A stretch of DNA of 64,000 nucleotides from Dendrobates tinctorius (Eukaryota), in NCBI RefSeq assembly GCF_039654945.1, contig NW_027361688.1, forward strand, positions 4,836,001 through 4,900,000, read 5' to 3'. Position numbers and translations under genes: made by a program. Each line of letters starts with the position of its first letter. Position 1 is the stretch's first letter. Positions 1 to 13,413 of this stretch are shown here, one piece after another. Under the pieces are notes generated by a model. The model did not search any database and had not been told where the DNA came from. It saw only the letters and a program-made list of their open reading frames with translations.

Positions 1-723
1 TGACATTTGTCTACCGGCAGCCTCCACTAGAGGGAGCCCAGGAGCTGAGCGCATACACTTTATACATTGCACTCCATAATAAATCTGTCTTCAGTGAGCT
101 CCTCCTACTGGTGGCTGACAGAATTTCATTATTTTTTTTTGGTGTAGAGGATTTAGAGCTCTGTATCAGAACATAGACTGAGGGTAAAAGGTGGAGATTT
201 CACTAATGTTCTTCATATTTATCCTGCATTATGCCCACACTTTAATCACTTAGGACAGCCTGATTCATTATGGGGGGGCTTGCATTGAATTTTTATGTCT
301 GAAAAATGCACAAAGGAGACAAACTCCCAGCAAAACCTAATAAAGAAATCTACCTTTTTATCCCAGTTGTCATTTTTCTTTATTTTTTTTGTCACTCTCA
401 AAAATTTCTCAAATCGGTCTACAGATCTGTCTTCAGTGAAAGATCAAATTACACCTGAGCCAAGAAGTCTACGGCGAGCGGAGAGAACATGCAAAGAGAG
501 AATGCTGGGGCCACTAGTGCGGAAGGAAAGGCTGATACCTAAAATAGTACAAGTCCTGTAATGGCCAGCGTCTTCAGCCGCTCACCTGCTTACTGATGGT
601 TTCCACATAACCAACCATGTCTTCTACACTATAGAAAACTGAGCCACAACCCTGTACTGCCCATCCCCTCCGCCGGGCTCAGCCATGTATACACATAGAG
701 GAGGGGATTCTCCAGGGTTACCA

Positions 724-2670
724 CTGTGACCGCAGGTGATGTCTGTGACTGACTGCTCTCCCCTATCTGTGACCTCAGGTGATGTCTGTGATTGACTGCT
801 CTCCCCTATCTGTGACTGAAGGTGGTGTCTGTGATTGGCTGCTCTACCCTGTCTGTGACTGCAGGTGATGTCTGTGATTGGCTGCTCTACCCTATCTGTG
901 ACTGCAGGTGATGTCTGTGATTGTCGGCTCTCCCCTATCTGTGACTGCGGGTGATGTCTGTGATTGGCGGCTCTCCCCTATCTGTGACCGCAGGTGATGT
1001 CTGTGATTGGCTGCTCTACCCTATCTGTGACTGCAGGTGATGTCTGTGATTGGCGGCTCTCCCCTATCTGTGACTGCAGGTGATGTCTGTGATTGTCGGC
1101 TCTCCCCTATCTGTGACTGCGGGTGATGTCTGTGATTGGCGGCTCTCCCCTATCTGTGACCGCAGGTGATGTCTGTGATTGGCTGCTCTACCCTATCTGT
1201 GACTGCAGGTGATGTCTGTGATTGGCGGCTCTCCCCTATCTGTGACTGCAGGTGATGTCTGTGATTGTCGGCTCTCCCCTATCTGTGACTGAAGGTGGTG
1301 TCTGGTCTGTGATTGGCTGCTCTACCCTATCTGTGACTGCAGGTGATGTCTGTGATTGGCTGCTCTACCCTATCTGTGACTGCAGGTGATGTCTGTGATT
1401 GGCGGCTCTCCCCTATCTGACTGCAGGTGATGTCTGTGATTGGCGGCTCTCCCCTATCTGTGACTGCAGGTGATGTCTGTGATTGGCGGCTCTCCCCTAT
1501 CTGTGACTGCAGGTGATGTCTGTGATTGGCGGCTCTCCCCTATCTGTGACCGCTGATGATGTCTGTGATTGGTGGCTCTCCCCTATCTGTGACTGCGGGT
1601 GATGTCTGTGATTGGCGTCTCTTCCCTATCTGTGACCGCAGGTGATGTCTGTGATTGGCGGCTCTCCCCTATCTGTGACCGCAGGTGATGTCTGTGATTG
1701 GCGGCTCTCCCCTATCTGTGACTGCAGGTGATGTCTGTGATTGGCGTCTCTTCCCTATCTGTGACTGCAGGTGATGTCTGTGATTGGCGGCTCTCCCCTA
1801 TCTGTGACTGCAGGTGATGTCTGTGATTGGCGGCTCTCCCCTATCTGTGACTGCGGGTGATGTCTGTGATTGGCGTCTCTTCCCTATCTGTGACCGCAGG
1901 TGATGTCTGTGATTGGCGGCTCTCCCCTATCTGTGACCGCTGATGATGTCTGTGATTGGTGGCTCTCCCCTATCTGTGACTGCGGGTGATGTCTGTGATT
2001 GGCGGCTCTCCCCTATCTGTGACTGCGGGTGATGTCTGTGATTGGCGGCTCTCCCCTATCTGTGACCGCTGATGATGTCTGTGATTGGTGGCTCTCCCCT
2101 ATCTGTGACTGCAGGTGATGTCTGTGATTGGCGGCTCTCCCCTATCTGTGACTGCGGGTGATGTCTGTGATTGGCGTCTCTTCCCTATCTGTGACCGCAG
2201 GTGATGTCTGTGATTGGCGGCTCTCCCCTATCTGTGACTGCAGGTGATGTCTGTGATTGGCGGCTCTCCCCTATCTGTGACTGCAGGTGATGTCTGTGAT
2301 TGGCGTCTCTTCCCTATCTGTGACCGCAGGTGATGTCTGTGATTGGCGTCTCTTCCCTATCTGTGACCGCAGGTGATGTCTGTGATTGGCGGCTCTCCCC
2401 TATCTGTGACCGCTGATGATGTCTGTGATTGGTGGCTCTCCCCTATCTGTGACTGCAGGTGATGTCTGTGATTGGCGTCTCTTCCCTATCTGTGACCGCA
2501 GGTGATGTCTGTGATTGGCGTCTCTTCCCTATCTGTGACCGCAGGTGATGTCTGTGATTGGCGGCTCTCCCCTATCTGTGACTGCAGGTGATGTCTGTGA
2601 TTGGCGGCTCTCCCCTATCTGTGACTGCAGGTGATGTCTGTGATTGGCGGCTCTCCCTTATCTGTGACCG
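724..2670. repeat. 43-bp minisatellite (CTATCTGTGACTGCAGGTGATGTCTGTGATTGGCGGCTCTCCC), ~45 units
   Basis: Directly visible tandem repeat; CTATCTG recurs at 1021 and 1064 (period 43). Confidence 0.97.
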
Positions 2671-2748
2671 GTGACAGCTGATAATCCAGCGCTGACGGCG
2701 GCCGCTCACATGACCCTAGCGGAGGAGCACCGATCACATCTGCCGGCG
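2671..2748 (+). other. Candidate non-coding first exon (possibly TMEM140 5' UTR)
   Basis: GC/CpG-rich stretch immediately after the minisatellite, ending at a consensus donor GCG|GTGAGT (2749). The start coordinate and the assignment to TMEM140 are inference. Confidence 0.3.
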
Positions 2749-4185
2749 GTGAGTTCTCCCGGACTTATTCCATATCCTATTCCTCACCCATCTATTCGGG
2801 CTGTTCTTAGTATTAACCCCTGCCGTGCTGCTGCCGCCTGCATTTGTGGCTTCTTTTATTACATATAGTCAGTTTCCAGACTGCTGGGAGTTGTAGTTTT
2901 CCAATATCCACAGTTTGGAGACCGCCGTCCTTATAGGTTCCGTTATAATTTTTATTTTTATGGTGGATTAATTTATCCGGACCGGCATGGATGTCTGTCG
3001 CCCAGACACGTCCTGTTTTTATTTGCTCTTGCTCAGACTTAGGCTTTTTCCTTTTTGGATCCAATCCCAGTCTTGGGAAAAAATAAAAACATCCGCCATA
3101 TGGTGCCGAAGCGCGCTGTGTTCATCATCCGGTAGTAAAATAGACGGGTCAATAGTGACCAGCCCCAAAGTGGCCACAAAATAACAAATGCGCGGCCTAC
3201 ATGTTCCCACCACCAGATGGCGCCACTGATTTAAAGGAGCAGATGTATATAAAGGTATAACCGCGTCATATTAGATCTGATTTCCTTTCTCCTGCTGAGA
3301 GTTGTAGTTACACTCTGACCGGAGTTGTAGTTCTGAAGTCTCTGAAGGTACACGGTGTTGATTTAAAGGGATCTGAACTTTGGCTCCTTGGTCTTTGCCA
3401 TTGGCAAACCTGCTCACCCCAGCTAAGAATGCAAAACACATCTGTACTCTGCCCTTTACTGAGGATTCGTGCTTGTGTTATTAGGATGGACCTACAAGGT
3501 GATGGGGGCAAAGTGCACGACTGTGGGGGGAGCGCTAGAATTGATTTCCATCATATTCCTGGTATTTACCCACAGTGACCACTAGGTGGCACCTTGTGCC
3601 CCTTTATTTGGCTGTATGTGTTGAGCTCCCTCTAGTGGTGTCCGCAATCAGAATTTTTGTTAAGAGCAGAACTTTGTTGTACTTAACATAAAGCTGATAA
3701 TTCACCATTATCTAATCACATGAGTAAAGGGTCCGCAGTGCCCCAGCAGGTGATACATACCTGACACAGCGTCGTAATCTAGGCAGAGGCTGTGCCTGGT
3801 ATTACAGCATCTAATCCCTATTAAAGTAAATGGAACTGGGTTGCAATACCCGGCATGGCCACTTTTTAAAAAGTGGCGCTGCGTCTGATGTACCATAAAG
3901 ACGCAAGACCGCTCGCCAGAGCGCCGCAGACACCTCCGTCATCAGATCATTGGGGACAAGTCAGACCCCCTGCTATCTTATATTGATGACTGATCCTAAG
4001 CCGGACCCTCACCCCAAAATGGCCCATTTTTTCACAGAAATGTACAGTAAACGAGTGTGCATGGCTCATGCATATTTGCATGAAAGTAGGGGGCTTTGTA
4101 GTTTTTTGGGGGGTTGGGGGCCTAACAGTTTCCAAGGAAAAGAAATGGAAATATTAAGGGGTCTGTCATAACCCAAAACTGGAGG

Positions 4186-7100
4186 TAGTGAGGGGTCACA
4201 GGAGACCACCGTGTACACAGGCAGTGAGGGGTCACAGGAGACCACTGTGTACAGAGGCAGTGAGGGGTCACAGGAGACCACCCTGTACAGAGGCAGTGAG
4301 GGGTTACAAGAGACCACCCTGTGCAGAGGCAGTGAGGGGTCACAGGAGAACACCCTGTACAGAGGCAGTGAGGGGTCACAAGAGACCACCGTGTACAGAG
4401 GCAGTGAGGGGTCACAGGAGACCACCGTGTACAGAGGAAGTGAGGGGTCACAGGAGACCACCCTGTACAGAGGCAGTGAGGGGTCACAAGAGACCACCCT
4501 GCAGGGGCAGTGAGGGGTCACAGGAGAACACCCTGTACAGAGGCAGTGAGGGGTCACAGGAGACCACCGTGTACAGAGGCAGTGAGGGGTCACAGGAGAA
4601 CACCCTGTACAGAGGCAGTGAGGGGTCACAGGAGACCACCGTGTACAGAGGCAGTGAGGGGTCACAGGAGAACACCCTGTACAGAGGCAGTGAGGGGTCA
4701 CAGGAGACCACCCAGTACAGAGGCAGTGAGGGGTCACAGGAGACCACCCTGTACAGAGGCAGTGAGGGGTCACAGGAGAACACCCTGTGCAGGGGCAGTG
4801 AGGGGTCACAGGAGACCACCCTGTACAGAGGCAGTGAGGGGTCACAGGAGACCACCCTGTACAGAGGCAGTGAGGGGTCACAGGAGACCACCCTGTGCAG
4901 AGGCAGTGAGGGGGCACAGGAGACCACCCTGTACAGAGGCAGTGAGGGGTCACAAGAGACCACCCTGCACAGAGGCAGTGAGGGGTCACAGGAGACCACC
5001 CTGTACAGAGGCAGTGAGGGGTCACAAGAGACCACCCTGTACAGAGGCAGTGAGGGGTCACAGGAGAACACCCTGTACAGAGGCAGTGAGGGGTCACAGG
5101 AGACCACTCTACAGAGGCAGTGAGGGGTCACAGGAGACCACCCTGTACAGAGGAAGTGAGGGGTCAAAGGAGACCAACCTGTACAGAGGCAGTGAGGGGT
5201 CACAGGAGAACACCCTGTACAGAGGCAGTGAGGGGTCACAGGAGAACACCCTGTACAGAGGCAGTGAGGGGTCACAGGAGAACACCCTGTACAGAGGCAG
5301 TGAGGGGTCACAGGAGACCACCGTGTACAGAGGCAGTGAGGGGTCACAGGAGAACACCCTGTACAGAGGCAGTGAGGGGTCACAGGAGAACACCGTGTAC
5401 AGAGGCAGTGAGGGGTCACAGGAGACCACCGTGTACAGAGGCAGTGAGAGGTCACAGGAGACCACCGTGTACAGAGGCAGTGAGGGGTCACAAGAGACCA
5501 CCGTGTACAGAGGCAGTGAGGGGTCACAAGAGACCATCCTGTGCAGAGGCAGTGAGGGGTCACATGAGGCCACCCTGTGCAGAGGCAGTGAGGGGTCACA
5601 GGAGACCACCCTGTACAGAGGCAGTGAGGGGTCACAGGAGACCACCCTGTGCAGGGGCAGTGAGGGGTCACAGGAGACCACCGTGTACAGAGGCAGTGAG
5701 GGGTCACAGGAGACCACCCTGTACAGAGGCAGTGAGGGGTCACAGGAGACCACCCTGTACAGAGGCAGTGAGGGGTCACAAGAGACCACCCTGTACAGAG
5801 GCAGTGAGGGGTCACAGGAGACCACCCTGTACAGAGGCAGTGAGGGGTCACAGGAGACCACCCTGTACAGAGGCAGTGAGGGGTCACAGGAGACCACCCT
5901 GTACAGAGGCAGTGAGGGGTCACAGGAGGCCACCCTGTGCAGAGGCAGTGAGGGGTCACAGGAGACCACCCTGTGCAGGGGCAGTGAGGGGTCACAGGAG
6001 AACACCCTGTGCAGGGGCAGTGAGGGGTCACAGGAGACCACCCCGTACAGAGGCAGTGAGGGGTCACAGGAGACCACCCTGTACAGAGGCAGTGAGGGGT
6101 CACAGGAGACCACCCTGTGCAGGGGCAGTGAGGGGTCACAGGAGACCACCCTGTGCAGGGGCAGTGAGGGGTCACAGGAGGCCACCCTGTGCAGAGGCAG
6201 TGAGGGGTCACAGGAGACCACCCTGTGCAGAGGCAGTGAGGGGTCACAGGAGACCACCCTGTGCAGAGGCAGTGAGGGGTCACAGGAGACCACCCTGTGC
6301 AGAGGCAGTGAGGAGTCACAGGAGACCACCCTGTACAGAGGCAGTGAGGGGTCACAGGAGACCACCCTGTGCAGAGGCAGTGAGGGGTCACATGAGGCCA
6401 CCCTGTGCAGAAGCAGTGAGGGGTCACAGGAGACCACCCTGCAGAGGCAGTGAGGGGTCACAGGAGACCACCCTGTGCAGAGGCAGTGAGGGGTCACAGG
6501 AGACCACCCTGTGCAGGGGCAGTGAGGGGTCACAGGAGACCACCCTGTACAGAAGCAGTGAGGGGTCACCGGAGACCACCCTGTACAGAGGCAGTGAGGG
6601 GTCACAGGAGACCACCCTGTGCAGGGGCAGTGAGGAGTCACAGGAGACCACCCTGTGCAGAGGCAGTGAGGGGTCACATGAGGCCACCCTGTGCAGAGGC
6701 AGTGAGGGGTCACAGGAGACCACCCTGCAGAGGCAGTGAGGGGTCACAGGAGACCACCCTGTAGAGGCAGTGAGGGGTCACAGGAGGCCACCCTGTACAG
6801 AGGCAGTGAGGGGTCACAGGAGAACAGCCTGTGCAGGGGCAGTGAGGGGTCACAGGAGACCACCCTGTGCAGAGGCAGTGAGGGGTCACAGGAGACCACC
6901 CTGCAGAGGCAGTGAGGGGTCACAGGAGACCACCCTGTAGAGGCAGTGAGGGGTCACAGGAGGCCACCCTGTACAGAGGCAGTGAGGGGTCACAGGAGAA
7001 CACCCTGTGCAGGGGCAGTGAGGGGTCACAGGAGACCACCCTGTACAGAGGCAGTGAGGGGTCACAGGAGAACACCCTGTGCAGGGGCAGTGTGGGGTCA

Positions 7101-9025
7101 CAGGAGACCACCCTGTGCAGGGACAGTGAGGGGTCACAGAAGACCACCCTGTGCAGGGGCAGTGAGGGGTCACAGGAGGCCACCCTGTACAGAGGCAGTG
7201 AGGGGTCACAGGAGACCACCCTGTACAGAGGCAGTGAGGGGTCACAGGAGACCGCCCTGTGCAGGGGCAGTGAGGGGTCACAGGAGGCCGCCCTGTGCTG
7301 AGGCAGTGAGGGGTCACAGGAGACCGCTCTGTACAGAGGCAGTGAGGGGTCACAGGAGGCCACCCTGTGCAGAGGCAGTGAGGGGTCACAGGAGACCACC
7401 CTGTGCAGGGGCAGTGAGGGGTCACAGGAGAACACCCTGTGCAGGGGCAGTGAGGGGTCACAGGAGAACACCCTCTGCAGGGGCAGTGAGGGGTCACAGG
7501 AGACCACCCTGTACAGAGGCAGTGAGGGGTCACAGGAGGCCACCCTGTGCAGAGGCAGTGAGGGGTCACAGGAGGCCACCCTGTGCAGAGGCAGTGAGGG
7601 GTCACAGGGGACCACCGTGTACAGAGGCAGTGAGGGGTCACAGGAGACCACCCTGCACAGAGGCAGTGAGGGGTCACAGGAGACCACCGTGTACAGAGGC
7701 AGTGAGGGGTCACAGGAGACCACCCTGCACAGAGGCAGTGAGGGGTCACAGGAGACCACCTTGCGCAGAGGCAGTGAGGGGTCACAGGAGACTACCCTGT
7801 GCAGGGGCAGTGAGGGGTCACAGGAGACCACCCTGTGCAGAGGCAGTGAGGGGTCACAGGAGACCACCCTGTGCAGGGGCAGTGAGGGGTCACAGGAGAC
7901 CACCCTGTACAGAAGCAGTGAGGGGTCACAGGAGACCACCCTGTACAGAGGCAGTGAGGGGTCACAGGAGACCACCCTGTGCAGAGGCAGTGAGGAGTCA
8001 CAGGAGACCACCCTGTGCAGAGGCAGTGAGGAGTCACAGGAGACCACCCTGTGCAGGGGCAGTGAGGGGTCACATGAGGCCACCCTGTGCAGAGGCAGTG
8101 AGGGGTCACAGGAGACCACCCTGCAGAGGCAGTGAGGGGTCACAGGAAACCACCCTGTGCAGAGGCAGTGAGGGGTCACAGGAGACCACCCTGTGCAGGG
8201 GCAGTGAGGGGTCACAGGAGACCACCCTGTGCAGGGGCAGTGAGGGGTCACAGGAGACCACCCTGTACAGAAGCAGTGAGGGGTCACAGGAGACCACCCT
8301 GTACAGAGGCAGTGAGGGGTCACAGGAGACCACCCTGTGCAGGGGCAGTGAGGAGTCACAGGAGACCACCCTGTGCAGAGGCAGTGAGGGGTCACATGAG
8401 GCCACCCTGTGCAGAGGCAGTGAGTGGTCACAGGAGACCACCCTGCAGAGGCAGTGAGGGGTCACAGGAGGCCACCCTGTACAGAGGCAGTGAGGGGTCA
8501 CAGGAGGCCACCCTGTACAGAGGCAGTGAGGGGTCACAGGAGAACACCCTGTGCAGGGGCAGTGAGCGGTCACAGGAGACCACCCTGTACAGAGGCAGTG
8601 AGGGGTCACAGGAGACCACCCTGTGCAGGGGCAGTGAGGGGTCACAGGAGACCACCCTGTGCAGGGGCAGTGAGGGGTCACAGGAGGCCACCCTGTACAG
8701 AGGCAGTGAGGGGTCACAGGAGACCGCCCTGTACAGAGGCAGTGAGGGGTCACAGGAGACCGCCCTGTACAGAGGCAGTGAGGGGTCACAGGAGACCACC
8801 CTGTGCAGAGGCAGTGAGGGGTCACAGGAGACCACCCTGTGCAGGGGCAGTGAGGGGTCACAGGAGACCACCCTGTGCAGAGGCAGTGAGGGGTCACAGG
8901 AGACCACCCTGTGCAGAGGCAGTGAGGGGTCACAGGAGACCACCCTGTGCAGAGGCAGTGAGGGGTCACAGGAGAACACCCTGTGCAGGGGCAGTGAGGG
9001 GTCACAGGAGACCACCCTGTACAGA
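4186..9025. repeat. 36-bp minisatellite (AGAGGCAGTGAGGGGTCACAGGAGACCACCCTGTAC), ~134 units
   Basis: Direct tandem repeat with period 36 (GTGAGGGG at 4188 and 4224) and occasional 34-bp units; it generates the spurious YRGSEGSQETTL ORFs. Confidence 0.97.
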
Positions 9026-9091
9026 GCTGCGCCCCAGGCGCCTTGCTGCAAATCTGAGAAAGGAGGTGACTGTGAACCACTCAGCAGCGGC

Positions 9092-9123
<32 letters not shown>
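9092..9123. repeat. (TAT)n microsatellite
   Basis: Run tattattattat... visible directly. Confidence 0.9.
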
Positions 9124-9125
<2 letters not shown>

Positions 9126-9382
9126 CTAAGAGGTTTTACAAAAAAAAGGAAACAATCAGATGATATTTTATTTACTTTTATAGAAAATGAAAGAATCTTA
9201 TGGGAACATCAATGACAGAAAGCTAGGCGGTGAGGATTACACCATGGGCGAGCCACCGGGGTCAGGGTCCTGCTGGAGGGGGTCGGGCCTGGGCTGGGGG
9301 AGGTTTGACCAAATCTCAAGTCTCTTCATGAACAGAAAGTATCAAAACACAAGAAGAGAAGAGAAGGTAAGGAAGAGCAAGG

Positions 9383-11672
9383 AGAGGGGCCACAGGAGAC
9401 CACCCTATACAGAGGGGCCACAGGAGACCACCCTATACAGAGGGGCCACAGGAGACCACCCTATACAGAGGGGAGAGGGGCCACAGGAGACCACCCTATA
9501 CAGAGGGGAGAGGGGCCACAGGAGACCACCCTATACAGAGGGGCCACAGGAGACCACCCTATACAGAGGGGCCACAGGAGACCACCCTATACAGAGGGGA
9601 GAGGGGCCACAGGAGATCACCCTATACAGAGGGGAGAGGGGCCACAGGAGACCACCCTATACAGATGGGCCACAGGAGACCACCCTATACAGAGGGGAGA
9701 GGGGCCACAGGAGACCACCCTATACAGAGGGAAGAGGGGCCACAGGAGACCACCCTATACAGATGGGCCACAGGAGACCACCCTATACAGAGGGGCCACA
9801 GGAGACCACCCTATACAGAGGGGAGAGGGGCCACAGGAGACCACCCTATACAGAGGGAAGAGGGGCCACAGGAGACCACCCTATACAGAGGGGTCACAGG
9901 AGACCACCCTATACAGAGGGGAGAGGGGCCACAGGAGACCACCCTATACAGAGGGGCCACAGGAGACCACCCTATACAGAGGGGAGAGGTGCCACAGGAG
10001 ACCACCCTATACAGAGGGGAGAGGGGCCACAGGAGACCACCCTGTACAGAGGGGAGAGGGGCCACAGGAGACCACCCTATACAGAGGGGAGAGGGGCCAC
10101 AGGAGACCACCCTATACAGAGGGGAGAGGGGCCACAGGAGACCACCCTATACAGAGGGGAGAGGGGCCACAGGAGACCACCCTATACAGAGGGGCCACAG
10201 GAGACCACCCTATACAGAGGGGCCACAGGAGACCACCCTATACAGAGGGGAGAGGGGCCACAGGAGATCACCCTATACAGAGGGGAGAGGGGCCACAGGA
10301 GATCACCCTATACAGAGGGGAGAGGGGCCACAGGAGATCACCCTATACAGAGGGGAGAGGGGCCACAGGAGACCACCCTATACAGAGGGGAGAGGGGCCA
10401 CAGGAGACCACCCTATACAGAGGGAAGAGGGGCCACAGGAGACCACCCTATACAGATGGGCCACAGGAGACCACCCTATACAGAGGGGAGAGGGGCCACA
10501 GGAGACCACCCTATACAGATGGGCCACAGGAGACCACCCTATACAGAGGGGAGAGGGGCCACAGGAGACCACCCTATACAGAGGGAAGAGGGGCCACAGG
10601 AGACCACCCTATACAGAGGGGCCACAGGAGACCACCCTATACAGAGGGGAGAGGTGCCACAGGAGACCACCCTATACAGAGGGAAGAGGGGCCACAGGAG
10701 ACCACCCTATACAGAGGGGCCACAGGAGACCACCCTATACAGAGGGGAGAGGGGCCACAGGAGACTACCCTATAGGGAGGGGCCACAGGAGACCACCCTA
10801 TACAGAGGGGAGAGGGACCACCCAATACAGAGGCAGTGAGGGGTCACAGGAGACCACCCTGTGCAGAGGAGAGAGGGGACACAGGAGACCACCCTATACA
10901 GAGGGGCCACAGGAGACCACCCTGTACAAAGGGGAGAGGGGCCACAGGGGACCGCACTGCACAGAGGGGAGAGGGGCCCACAGGAGACCACCCTGTACAA
11001 AGGGGAGAGGGGCCACAGGAGACCACCCTATACAGAGGGAAGAGGGGCCACAGGAGACCACCCTATACAGAGGGGCCACAGGAGACCACCCTATACAGAG
11101 GGGAGAGGTGCCACAGGAGACCACCCTATACAGAGGGAAGAGGGGCCACAGGAGACCACCCTATACAGAGGGGCCACAGGAGACCACCCTATACAGAGGG
11201 GAGAGGGGCCACAGGAGACCACCCTATAGGGAGGGGCCACAGGAGACCACCCTATACAGAGGGGAGAGGGACCACCCAATACAGAGGCAGTGAGGGGTCA
11301 CAGGAGACCACCCTGTGCAGAGGAGAGAGGGGACACAGGAGACCACCCTATACAGAGGGGCCACAGGAGACCACCCTGTACAAAGGGGAGAGGGGCCACA
11401 GGGGACCGCACTGCACAGAGGGGAGAGGGGCCCACAGGAGACCACCCTGTACAAAGGGGAGAGGGGCCACAGGAGACCACCCTATACAGAGGGGAGAGGG
11501 GCCACAGGGGACCACCCTATACAGAGGGGAGAGGGGCCACAGGGGACCACCCTGTATAGAGGGGCCACAGGAGACCACCCTATACAGAGGGGAGAGGGGC
11601 CACAGGAGACCACCCTGTATAGAGGGGCCACAGGAGACCACCCTGTATAGAGGGCCACAGGAGACCACTCTG
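9383..11672. repeat. 28/35-bp minisatellite (AGAGGGG[AGAGGGG]CCACAGGAGACCACCCTATAC) related to the 36-bp array
   Basis: Period 28 (CACAGG at 9391 and 9419) mixed with 35-bp units; shares the core CACAGGAGACCACCCTRTACAGAG with the upstream array. Confidence 0.95.
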
Positions 11673-11799
11673 CAGTCTTCATCAGCCTCATGGAGATACA
11701 TTGATGCATTTTCTGGGGTCTTTGAGCATTGGCTTTAATGGCTTTTTTCCATCCTGTCCAGTGATTAATCAGTTAACGTTAACTCTTTCTTCCCCACAG

Positions 11800-11851
11800 G
11801 TCGCCTCTCTGACATAGAAGGGGTCTTGTGTCGCTGAGCTCCTACACTCAG
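11800..11851 (+). other. TMEM140: Probable 52-nt 5' UTR exon of TMEM140
   Basis: Strong acceptor TCTTTCTTCCCCACAG| before 11800 and donor CAG|GTAGGC at 11852; lies ~930 nt upstream of the coding-exon acceptor. Confidence 0.5.
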
Positions 11852-12804
11852 GTAGGCAGTCCTGTGCAAATCACATGTAATGACATCTAACCCCATGTAA
11901 GTCGCTGAGGACTGTGGGTTTCAGTTTCTTGGAAGCCGAGTCACAACAACCTACAATAACCTTCCTGGAAACCGAAAGGACGAGTGACAGCAGCACTGCG
12001 ACCATCTCCTGGCACTGTGTCCCTATAAATTTACATAGGACTGCAGGTAAAGTAACCGGTTATCTCAGGGTAAAATAGCCGTCTGTGTGTACAGTTGGCG
12101 GTCTCCTGAGCCAATCATCAGTTACACCATGTACCTCAGAGCTGCATTCACAATTCTGCTGATTTCTCCTCTTGATCTCAGGTTGTGTGTTCTCTGCTGC
12201 CCTCTGGTGGTCACTCTGCTGTAGTGCACTTTGGCAAATGTGATTTGCGTCTTTGTTGTACCCTGGAAATAAATTACTTAGGAGCAAATACTTACTATCT
12301 GTATGGTCACCTATTACTATACAGGGACATTTTATGTATTTCTGTCCTCTAGGTGGCGCTGTGTACAGTTTCAATGTATCATCAGAACATGACCTTCTAT
12401 AAAGGGGTCTTCTAACCCCAACTAATAGGAACATCTCCTCAGGATATGACATTAATGATTGGTAGCTGTGGATCCCACCTCCTTTATGGGGAGAAAAGGG
12501 GTCTGTGATGGAAATGGGGTCAACAGCATAATTTCCCTAGCGGGTGAAGACTTGATTGACCGGTGACAGCTGCAATCCCGGGGTCTCCTTGGGAGGGGTT
12601 GTCCTCCATCTATAAAAACACTGCTCATTTTCCACCCATTGGCTCCTATTCCTATCTGGTCACCACCATGGGTGAGGGGGTTGGACAAGGATTTGTGGAG
12701 GTTGCGTCCATACAGAATATTGATTTTTTTTATAGGATCCTTTAACCCCAAAAATTTATAGAAGATTTTCTGTTTTCTCCACAGGGTTTGGACCGTCTTA
12801 GAGG

Positions 12805-13413
12805 ATGGAGGACAAGATGCTCGAGAAGCAGAAGAAGAGTCCGAGCCTTCAATATTTGGCATACACAATCGTGGTAGCGCAGACCCTGATCTGCATTCTC
12901 CTCTCCTACTCCTTGTTCATCGGAGCTGGAGACTTCCTTATCGATGGCTGCAAAAAGATCGGCTTTTACAACTTCTGCCTACACAACGCCAATAACGATG
13001 GTGGCTGCCGCTGCATCACCCAACTGGAGGACCTGCACTCAAAGCTCTTCACCTACGAAGCCACCTTGTCCCTCATCTTAACGTATTCTTCTCTGGTCAT
13101 TGTCCTCATGGGCCTTGTCACCATGGTCGTAGCTCAGGGCTTCAAGGATGACATCTTGTGGCACTTTGAACTGGGCCTAAATGTCTTAAGCCTGGTAGGA
13201 CTTTTCGTAGGGACAAGCATCCACCTCTTTCTTAACTGGGACCAGTATGACCTTTTCCAAATGACTCCTGGTTTCTGGGCGTTGCTGTTGGCCATTGGTG
13301 GGTCAGCTCTCCAGACTTATCTCTTAAGTCGTTACGTAAGACTCAACCGTGTGTTGGCAGAGTGTAAAACTGAGGACCACGCGGTCAAGGACCTCAAAGT
13401 CTTGGTGGCCTAG
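12805..13413 (+). CDS. TMEM140: Transmembrane protein 140 (four-TM, claudin-superfamily-like), single coding exon
   Basis: 202-aa ORF with four hydrophobic segments. It carries the IGFYNFCL motif shared with human TMEM140 plus matching AG, AQ...D...W and PGF.AL blocks. An acceptor TTTTCTGTTTTCTCCACAG| ends at 12784, and CYREN, its known neighbour, is in the same window. Confidence 0.9.
   Translation: MEDKMLEKQKKSPSLQYLAYTIVVAQTLICILLSYSLFIGAGDFLIDGCKKIGFYNFCLHNANNDGGCRCITQLEDLHSKLFTYEATLSLILTYSSLVIVLMGLVTMVVAQGFKDDILWHFELGLNVLSLVGLFVGTSIHLFLNWDQYDLFQMTPGFWALLLAIGGSALQTYLLSRYVRLNRVLAECKTEDHAVKDLKVLVA

Noticed and set aside
4186-9025. CRISPR-like regular 36-bp periodicity
   Set aside because: No unique spacers, no cas genes, and the context is eukaryotic.
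4066-11738. Cys/His-rich and RGSEGSQETTL repeat ORFs on both strands
   Set aside because: Minisatellite artefacts with frame-switching 34-bp units; not zinc-finger or keratin-associated genes.
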